IMG/VR virus record: IMGVR_UViG_3300023218_000062
Length of the DNA stretch: 64,000 nucleotides
Reading direction: 5' to 3' (one strand)
Source of the DNA: a virus
Lineage: Duplodnaviria; Caudoviricetes
A program made the position numbers and the translations under genes. The notes beneath the pieces are model-generated. The model did not search any database, was not told the DNA's origin, and saw only the letters and a program-made list of their open reading frames with translations. The stretch's first letter is position 1, and each line of letters begins with the position of its first letter. This document shows positions 57,253 through 64,000 of this stretch, in pieces.

Positions 57253-57299
57253 GGCAGGGTGGAAACACCTTGCCTTTTTTAATGCTTTTGTGATATAAT
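57253..57299 (+). terminator. Terminator after tmRNA, overlapped by extended -10 promoter for downstream genes
   Basis: ggcagggtg-gaaa-caccttgcc + T6; TGaTATAAT at 57291-57299. Confidence 0.8.
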
Positions 57300-57324
57300 T
57301 AATTGTAGGTATAAGGAGAGTGAT

Positions 57325-57525
57325 ATGCGTATTCTAAAGGCCGTTTCAAAGATTTTCCACCAGTGCCAGCACTTTCATGTACGAGAAACAATGGCCTGTG
57401 AGGCTATCCGTCTAGAGTGTGGACGTAATCTCGGATTTATTCAAAATTGGAGAGAGACTAACAAGGGAAATACAGATGTATCAGAGATAGATGATCCAAG
57501 GTCATGGCGACTCCATGGTACTTAA
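57325..57525 (+). CDS. Small hypothetical protein
   Basis: 66 aa with aaggag RBS. Confidence 0.45.
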   Translation: MRILKAVSKIFHQCQHFHVRETMACEAIRLECGRNLGFIQNWRETNKGNTDVSEIDDPRSWRLHGT

Positions 57526-58634
57526 ATATGAATTTATCCATGTCTGAAAAGAAAACTATAAAAGACATTCGTGAAGAGATACAGAAGCGCAACGAGATAG
57601 AATTAGATCAATCTACTATTCAAGATGTTGTGAAAGAACACGTATCGTTTTCAGATTTTACGCCAACAGATTGGAATAGGGTATACTGCGCAGTATGCGG
57701 CGATGGCTCAAAAACCAAAGGCCCTAGAGGGGGTTGGAAGTTTGAGGGAGAAAATTGCATGTATAATTGCTTTAATTGCGGAATTTCTGGAGCGTTTACA
57801 CCAGAAAATGAAATTTTCATGTCTAGAGACATGAAGACTATATTTGAATCATTTGGAATCCCTAAGAGGGATTATGGAAAAATACTATTTAGGCTGCGAA
57901 GGGATGGTGTTGAGAAACTAGAAAAACCGGATTTTAAAAAAGAAACTGTAGAGTCACAACTAGGTGAAGGAATACAACTTCCAGATTATCTTGTTGATTT
58001 AGAAACGGCTAAAAATACTAATATTGGCCGAAAGGCTATAGAGTTTTTAGCAGAAGAAAAATGTATAGACTATAAAGATCATCCATTCTTCGTAACATAT
58101 GGAAAAACAAATAGCAAAGATCAACAAGAAAAAATTAATGCCAAAATAATGATCAACCGTTTAGTTATCCCAATATATTACAAAAATAAATTGCTGCTGT
58201 TGCAAGGTAGAGATTTGGATGGAACAAAAAAGAAAAAGTATATAAACATAGGAAATGTTTCATCAACTCTATATGGTTTAGATAGATTGAAGGACAATCA
58301 CAAATATATATTTGTGACGGAAGGATTTTTTGACGCTTATCATCTAAATGGCGTAGCATGTATAACAAATAAATTAACAAGTCAAAAAATAAAAGCATTG
58401 AGCTTATTAGAAAAAGATAAAGTCATAGTACCCGATAGGGGAGAAAAAATAAACACAATGTTGGCAAAGGGGCTGGATTGTGGATGGGGGTTCAGCGCCC
58501 CTAGAGAACTCCAAAATTGTAAAGATGTTACTGAAGCAATTAAAAAGTATGGAAAGTTATACGTACTTTACATTATAATGAAATCCGTTAAAACAGGAGA
58601 AGAAGCAGAGTTTTTGGGGCGAGCATTTCTATAG
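57504..58634 (+). CDS. gp61: DNA primase (T4 gp61/DnaG-type)
   Basis: Zn finger CAVCGD...YNCFNCG; +IP, KKYIN, TOPRIM FVTEGFFDA, VPD, KD. Confidence 0.85.
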   Translation: MATPWYLNMNLSMSEKKTIKDIREEIQKRNEIELDQSTIQDVVKEHVSFSDFTPTDWNRVYCAVCGDGSKTKGPRGGWKFEGENCMYNCFNCGISGAFTPENEIFMSRDMKTIFESFGIPKRDYGKILFRLRRDGVEKLEKPDFKKETVESQLGEGIQLPDYLVDLETAKNTNIGRKAIEFLAEEKCIDYKDHPFFVTYGKTNSKDQQEKINAKIMINRLVIPIYYKNKLLLLQGRDLDGTKKKKYINIGNVSSTLYGLDRLKDNHKYIFVTEGFFDAYHLNGVACITNKLTSQKIKALSLLEKDKVIVPDRGEKINTMLAKGLDCGWGFSAPRELQNCKDVTEAIKKYGKLYVLYIIMKSVKTGEEAEFLGRAFL

Positions 58635-58674
58635 AATATAAATAAAAATAGATAGCAAATATGTAAAATAACAT

Positions 58675-58869
58675 ATGCTCCGATATTTGATAACCAGTCA
58701 TACAGAAATTTTAGAAGAATATAGATGTAGTAAGGAAGAAGATTTTAAAAGAAATTATAAAATTAGTTTGAACGAGAATGGTACAGTATTTGACAAGGTA
58801 AATAAAAAATGTTATGATACACTTTCACAATGGGCAAAATCAATTAAAGGAGATTTACATGAAAATTAG
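58675..58869 (+). CDS. Small hypothetical protein
   Basis: 64-aa ORF. Confidence 0.45.
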   Translation: MLRYLITSHTEILEEYRCSKEEDFKRNYKISLNENGTVFDKVNKKCYDTLSQWAKSIKGDLHEN

Positions 58870-59161
58870 AGAAACAATCGCATTAATTTTAGTGGCAGGG
58901 TCTCTATTTCTACTATCGGGATGCTATGCATATGGTGGAAATTATAATGGGAAGTATTATAAAGATGATGGTCCTACACATAATGTAGGATATAGACATA
59001 AATATCATTATAACCCACGTTACCATCATTATAGATATCGACATTATAGGCATGGATATCGCCCATATGGTGCGGTAGAATATAGACATTATCGACGATA
59101 TCAACGTTCATATCGTAGAGAATGTTGGAATCATATACATAAAACTCATTATTATTGTTAA
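58859..59161 (+). CDS. Tyr/Arg/His-rich putative lipoprotein
   Basis: aaggag RBS, signal IALILVAGSLFLLSG|C, low-complexity YRHY repeats. Confidence 0.55.
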   Translation: MKIRETIALILVAGSLFLLSGCYAYGGNYNGKYYKDDGPTHNVGYRHKYHYNPRYHHYRYRHYRHGYRPYGAVEYRHYRRYQRSYRRECWNHIHKTHYYC

Positions 59162-59188
59162 ATTCCAAAAAAGAACGTTAATTTTTCA

Positions 59189-59222
59189 GAAGGAGCCTCT
59201 TTAAACCAAAAGAGGCTCCTTC
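59189..59222. terminator. Perfect 14-bp hairpin, probable terminator
   Basis: gaaggagcctcttt / aaagaggctccttc. Confidence 0.65.
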
Positions 59223-59263
59223 GCTTCTTTGATAAATATCAAGAAGTTTAATAATTTTATTTA

Positions 59264-61624
59264 ATGACCACATCAAATTCATCAAGAGCTATAGACTCAT
59301 TCCTAGAATATTTTAGGGAAGCTAAACCATACCACACAAAACTTTTAGAAGTCATTGAAGAATATAGATTCTCTGAGGATATGTACGTATGTACATGCGA
59401 AGATTTGTTTACAGATATTACAATTATAAACACCCCTCTATGCAAACAAACTGGATTTGGGTTAGATTATGATGATGATTGTGGGTATGATGCAATAGAT
59501 TGTTGTGATTTATTTGATTGTGACGGCGGATATGGGTTTATATTTGATAACTCTGATCTCCTTGTTGAAGAACCCATAACATCTATTAATGAAACAGCAG
59601 TTTCTGTGGGAGTTTCAGGAAATAAAATATCAGATGTCAGAATTCAAGTTGAAGAAATAATAAACTCTAATACTGCTTTATTAAAAGGGGATTTAACTAA
59701 TTTATTAAATACACACTCTATATTTTTATATGTTAATGTATTGCAATTTGAAGTAGCATCTAATATAGAGAATACTATTATATTAGACGGAAACCACATT
59801 AGTTTTATTAAAACCAAAAATAATTTTAGAATAGAAGGAAGTGAAACCAAATATAATGGTCATTACACGGTTAGAAGCGTTGATTATGATCCTGTTGAAG
59901 ATAAAACAATAATAAAATTTGTATTTCATACGGTAATACCTGATGATGCCCTCGTAGGAATAAAATTACAATTTAGAAATAATAATCCAAATTCTGGAAT
60001 ATATCAGGTAGATTCCTTTTCATTTGATGGTAATAATACTTTAGTACAAGTATCTGGAAATTATTTTGAGCACATTGATATACCTGTTGAAATGTTGGGA
60101 TCATTTCAATTTAGAACGGGCCTACATCACTTTAGAGAAGTTGACATTATATATCCAGAAGATAATCATCATACTATATTATATGCCGAATATAATTATC
60201 CGACTAATGAAACTGTTTTATATTTAGATGGAGATGTTGATTCATACGAAACCGAATTAGACACCGTAAAATTATTTGGGTATTTTTTTGGATCAGGGTT
60301 TGACGGAGAAGAAGAATGTATTAAACCAAAAAATACTCACATATATTCATTAATGGAAGAAAAATTATTAATTAACGTGGATGATTCACTAGTATTACCA
60401 TCACCAACACCATCAGTAACACCAACGGCTACTCCTACGCCTACACCATCGGCAACACCATCAGTAACACCAACGGCTACTCCTACGCCTACACCATCGG
60501 CAACACCATCAGTAACACCAACGGCTACTCCTACGCCTACACCATCGGTAACAGCAACGCCTACACCGACACCAACACCGACACCATCGGTAACAGAAAC
60601 GCCTACACCGACACCAACACCGACACCATCGGTAACACCATTTGCATTAACTGCTAGAAACTTAGAGCCGCAATATGTTACATGTGCAGATATAGTTACT
60701 TTATCAGATAATGTGGTAATTTTGTTTGACGGTAATATAAATGATCTAACCTATTCATGGAACCAAATATCTGGAGATATAATAACAATTCAAAACCCTA
60801 ATACCCTTGATGCAACTATCGATCTAACAGACGCAAATACATCTAACAGAATATTTGAATTAACCATAAATGAGGGCTTAATAAATGAGAGAACAGTAGA
60901 AGTGCCCATATTTGAACAAATTATAGATTTTATGGATAATTCTATTAATAACAATTTATCTACTGTGAAACGTGGGGCCTATGATGCTATAGTACGTTAT
61001 ACAGTTAGAATGTTTACAGATCTTAATATTAATGAAACTTTATCGTGCAATGATATTAAACCCCCTGCCATTTTTGTTGATAATATAATTGGCTCTAATA
61101 CTAAAATTATAAGTCAAGAATTGCAAGAATGGAATAATGGTTGGAATACAAATACTATTATTACCAATATAAGGGGTAATTTTTCTACAACAAGATTCGA
61201 AATAACCGAAAACATATTGTATAGACTAAAAACAATATTTGCAAATAAAATTACGGGTGTTGAACATATAGAAGTTTCTAATGTAATAGCTTCAAACGGC
61301 GTAAACAGAGTAGACAACACTATATTATTAAGTAACGATAAAATAACAAATGGATTGTCTACATCAGAAAATGGCGATTTTTCTATAAACAGAATAGAAC
61401 GAAGCTTAGTAGTAAAAACGGTTGATCCTACTGATAACACTTTTACAACCGATATCAGTGCAAATAATGTAACACCATCGTTTAATATAAACAGAATAGA
61501 AAGAACGCAAATAGTAAAAACTGTTGATTCTACTGATAACACTTTTACAACTGGTATTAGTGCAAATAATATAACACCATCGTTTAATATAACCAGACTT
61601 ACTGGAAGTAGTATATCTATTTAA
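59264..61624 (+). CDS. Large virion structural protein (baseplate/tail-associated) with PT linker, PKD/Ig-like segment and 34-aa C-terminal repeats
   Basis: AKPYHTKL N-terminal motif; 48-nt PT tandem units near 60398-60640; [10 protein letters not shown]; 102-nt repeats 61384-61594. Confidence 0.6.
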   Translation: MTTSNSSRAIDSFLEYFREAKPYHTKLLEVIEEYRFSEDMYVCTCEDLFTDITIINTPLCKQTGFGLDYDDDCGYDAIDCCDLFDCDGGYGFIFDNSDLLVEEPITSINETAVSVGVSGNKISDVRIQVEEIINSNTALLKGDLTNLLNTHSIFLYVNVLQFEVASNIENTIILDGNHISFIKTKNNFRIEGSETKYNGHYTVRSVDYDPVEDKTIIKFVFHTVIPDDALVGIKLQFRNNNPNSGIYQVDSFSFDGNNTLVQVSGNYFEHIDIPVEMLGSFQFRTGLHHFREVDIIYPEDNHHTILYAEYNYPTNETVLYLDGDVDSYETELDTVKLFGYFFGSGFDGEEECIKPKNTHIYSLMEEKLLINVDDSLVLPSPTPSVTPTATPTPTPSATPSVTPTATPTPTPSATPSVTPTATPTPTPSVTATPTPTPTPTPSVTETPTPTPTPTPSVTPFALTARNLEPQYVTCADIVTLSDNVVILFDGNINDLTYSWNQISGDIITIQNPNTLDATIDLTDANTSNRIFELTINEGLINERTVEVPIFEQIIDFMDNSINNNLSTVKRGAYDAIVRYTVRMFTDLNINETLSCNDIKPPAIFVDNIIGSNTKIISQELQEWNNGWNTNTIITNIRGNFSTTRFEITENILYRLKTIFANKITGVEHIEVSNVIASNGVNRVDNTILLSNDKITNGLSTSENGDFSINRIERSLVVKTVDPTDNTFTTDISANNVTPSFNINRIERTQIVKTVDSTDNTFTTGISANNITPSFNITRLTGSSISI

Positions 61625-61720
61625 TTGTTTTGAGAGATTAATTATAATTTTTTAAGGAAGTCTCTCTTTCGTGTTTAGTTTATAAATAGATTCTATAAAA
61701 TAATAATTTGAGGTACATAA

Positions 61721-64000
61721 ATGTTTAACAATATTGTAACTATACAAAAGAAAGACATCAATACTGGTGAAATAACAGAAGAGTGCTCTTCTAGCAATAG
61801 CCAAACATTAGGGTCCATAAAAACCTATGTTACGGGCGGGGGTAGCCTATCTTCAAGTACTGCTCTTATATCGCCAAAGGCAGATATCGGGACCCCGAGG
61901 TCATTCATCCAATTAATAGACGGTTCCGATCTCGAAAATGTAATTAATGAAGCTACCACGACCCCTCGCGAAATACCGTCGGTTAGTCAACACAAAACTG
62001 CTCAAATTACAGGAATAAATCAGCCTATAGTATCATTTGATGCCACCAATAAAATTGTAGAATATGAATTTAATGGTAGATTAGATCCGCCCTCTACGGG
62101 TAATACTAGATCTATAACATCAGTACAATTAGCAGTAGGAGAATTTGATAATAACTTTGGTTTGCCGGGGTTTGCAGTTATATTGGAAGCCCCTTGTGAA
62201 CAAAATGATCAGGAAATTTTAGATATATTTTATAGAGTACGAATTACCGGAAACACAAATTCAAATGATTATTATTGGGCAACATATCTTCCTCTTAAAT
62301 TTTATCCAGAGGAGAAATTTGATGCTAATGGGAACCTCATAGGGGCGTCGAATAGTTTCCGCATTCCTAATGTAATGGGGCCAAATATTATTTTATCATA
62401 TGGGCACCCAAATAATAGAGATAAAATGCCCGTATCTATTACTTATGGTATTTTGGGTAATGACTCAATTGAAGGGTTTTCTAATTTTAACTTGACCCAA
62501 CTCACGGGGATAAAAAACTGGTCTTTTGGCATAGAAGATCAAGTCGGACAAACTTATAATAGCATAAACTTTTTTACAGGGAGAAACGAAGAGCTAGATC
62601 CTAATGCACAATTAGGATTTATAAATGATTCTACAGCAGCATTATATCAATTTTCCCATCAGATTTTACCAGATGATATTTCTCCGTTGCAGGGAAAATT
62701 TTTGCATGCGTCGGATGCAGTACGACCATATCTAGACCCTTCTAACTTAGGATCGGGACAAGGTGATATAACATTTGATGGAAGTTCTTGGAATGAGGAT
62801 GAATCTGTTGTATATAGACTATTATTTACGACTGGAGGAGATGTTGGGAGTGCTGAATATAAACTGTTTAAAAAAATCATATTTGGTTATCCTAATAATA
62901 AATATATAAATGAATTTTGGGGTGGAAAAAGATTATTAGTATTACCTCCTCAACGTTTATCTGGTGTTGGTGTCAGAACACAACATAGTTTAAATAAACC
63001 TGATTCATATTGGGCACAAGGATCTTCAAAAGATTTTATACATTTTGAGGATGAATTTTTTGATAACGGAGTAATGCCCAATGTTATACGTTATGATAGC
63101 AAACATATAATATCTTTTAATACTAGCGGATTATCTATTATCAATATTTATACAGATAATTATGTAAATATTAATTCACAAACTACGCCATCGTTAAATA
63201 CAAACAATATTAATGATGTAGTAGTAAATGAAATAACTGGAGAAATATGGGTAGCTACCACCGACGCCGGATTATTTCGAATAAGCGCAGATTTTCAAAC
63301 TATCACATCTATAACAGTTGGAACGCCATCCATAACAGATTCTATATGCCGAAGTGTAGATTATAAAAACAATGGTGATGTATGGGCAGCATTTTCAGGA
63401 GGACTAGCATTATCTACAGATAATGGTTCTACATGGACGGAATTTAATGAAGGGACCACCCCGCAATTTTCTTTTGCCGGTATAAGTGATAATAATTGGG
63501 GTAATATACAAGGAATTGTAGTAGATAAAGATAGTACAGATGATAGGTTATTAATAGTAAAAGCGGGTAATAAATTAACCACCACTATAATTTGGTGGTC
63601 TCGCGTAGGAAGTTCAACATCATCAGACGCCTTTGATTCTACAATAAATCCAAATGAACAGGATTTAGGAGGAAATACTGATTATCGCTCAGGTGAATTC
63701 TATAATAATATTCAAGCATTTGCAGTTAGTAAATGGATAAAATATTATCCCGGCACTAATGGAACATTTTTTATACTAAGTAGTTATACTCCATCAGCGG
63801 GGTGGGCGTCCAGCACTGAGTATAAAACAGTGAATTTTGGTGAGACTCAGAACCGAGCTAATTTTGTTATTAGCCACTCCGACCATGATACACCACGTAT
63901 GAAAGAAATCGCGTTTGAACAGGATTCTTCTGGAAATTATGGAACAATAATTATAGGGCAGCCAAGTGTAGATAGTAAAAATCAGTGGGCAATAAATTTA
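61721..64000 (+). CDS. Large virion protein with beta-propeller/Asp-box repeats (3' truncated by window end)
   Basis: ATG 61721 after late promoter 61681 and gaggt RBS; no stop found; GEIWVAT.DAGL, LSTDNGSTW (BNR) motifs. Confidence 0.65.
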   Translation, partial: MFNNIVTIQKKDINTGEITEECSSSNSQTLGSIKTYVTGGGSLSSSTALISPKADIGTPRSFIQLIDGSDLENVINEATTTPREIPSVSQHKTAQITGINQPIVSFDATNKIVEYEFNGRLDPPSTGNTRSITSVQLAVGEFDNNFGLPGFAVILEAPCEQNDQEILDIFYRVRITGNTNSNDYYWATYLPLKFYPEEKFDANGNLIGASNSFRIPNVMGPNIILSYGHPNNRDKMPVSITYGILGNDSIEGFSNFNLTQLTGIKNWSFGIEDQVGQTYNSINFFTGRNEELDPNAQLGFINDSTAALYQFSHQILPDDISPLQGKFLHASDAVRPYLDPSNLGSGQGDITFDGSSWNEDESVVYRLLFTTGGDVGSAEYKLFKKIIFGYPNNKYINEFWGGKRLLVLPPQRLSGVGVRTQHSLNKPDSYWAQGSSKDFIHFEDEFFDNGVMPNVIRYDSKHIISFNTSGLSIINIYTDNYVNINSQTTPSLNTNNINDVVVNEITGEIWVATTDAGLFRISADFQTITSITVGTPSITDSICRSVDYKNNGDVWAAFSGGLALSTDNGSTWTEFNEGTTPQFSFAGISDNNWGNIQGIVVDKDSTDDRLLIVKAGNKLTTTIIWWSRVGSSTSSDAFDSTINPNEQDLGGNTDYRSGEFYNNIQAFAVSKWIKYYPGTNGTFFILSSYTPSAGWASSTEYKTVNFGETQNRANFVISHSDHDTPRMKEIAFEQDSSGNYGTIIIGQPSVDSKNQWAINL

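Noticed and set aside
61384-61594. CRISPR-like direct repeats
   Set aside because: 102-nt in-frame coding repeats (34 aa) without unique spacers; no cas genes. The PT tandem units are likewise coding
35976-61624. Diversity-generating retroelement acting on tail proteins
   Set aside because: No reverse transcriptase and no TR/VR pair differing only at adenines was seen

Overview
AT-rich 64-kb segment of a T4-like jumbo myovirus genome; almost all real genes are on the + strand. It holds the head module (prohead protease, scaffold, major capsid, neck proteins, small and large terminase), replication/recombination genes (gp41-like helicase, gp32-like SSB, UvsX/Y/W, clamp loader, primase, NAD-dependent ligase), tail/baseplate-type proteins with Pro-Thr-Ser repeat linkers, a spanin pair (Gram-negative host) and auxiliary genes (Hsp20, GroES-like, ClpP-like, PhoH, MazG-like, DHFR, Acb1-like). 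Transcription signals are T4-like: sigma70-type TTGACA-N17-TATAAT promoters and late TATAAATA boxes. Strongest unusual signals: (1) the large terminase is broken into three ORFs joined by two atypically split inteins, one split by a free-standing endonuclease gene and the other by a single in-frame TAG after an endonuclease remnant; (2) a circularly permuted (two-piece) tmRNA gene with tag ANDDIFAPEALAA and a structured 132-nt intervening segment, directly downstream of a ClpP-like gene; (3) a minimal Pol III alpha (DnaE) core encoded as two intein-free genes about 10 kb apart; (4) a ROSE-type RNA thermometer in front of the phage hsp20; (5) three nuclease + Mom/GNAT-like fusion genes, two controlled by RBS-sequestering hairpins and one also facing a perfect antisense promoter; (6) a probable protease-processed internal-head polyprotein. 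All family calls are by motif recognition only; no database or structure search was run. Several small ORFs carry single-base frameshifts in A-runs, so some local assembly error cannot be excluded.
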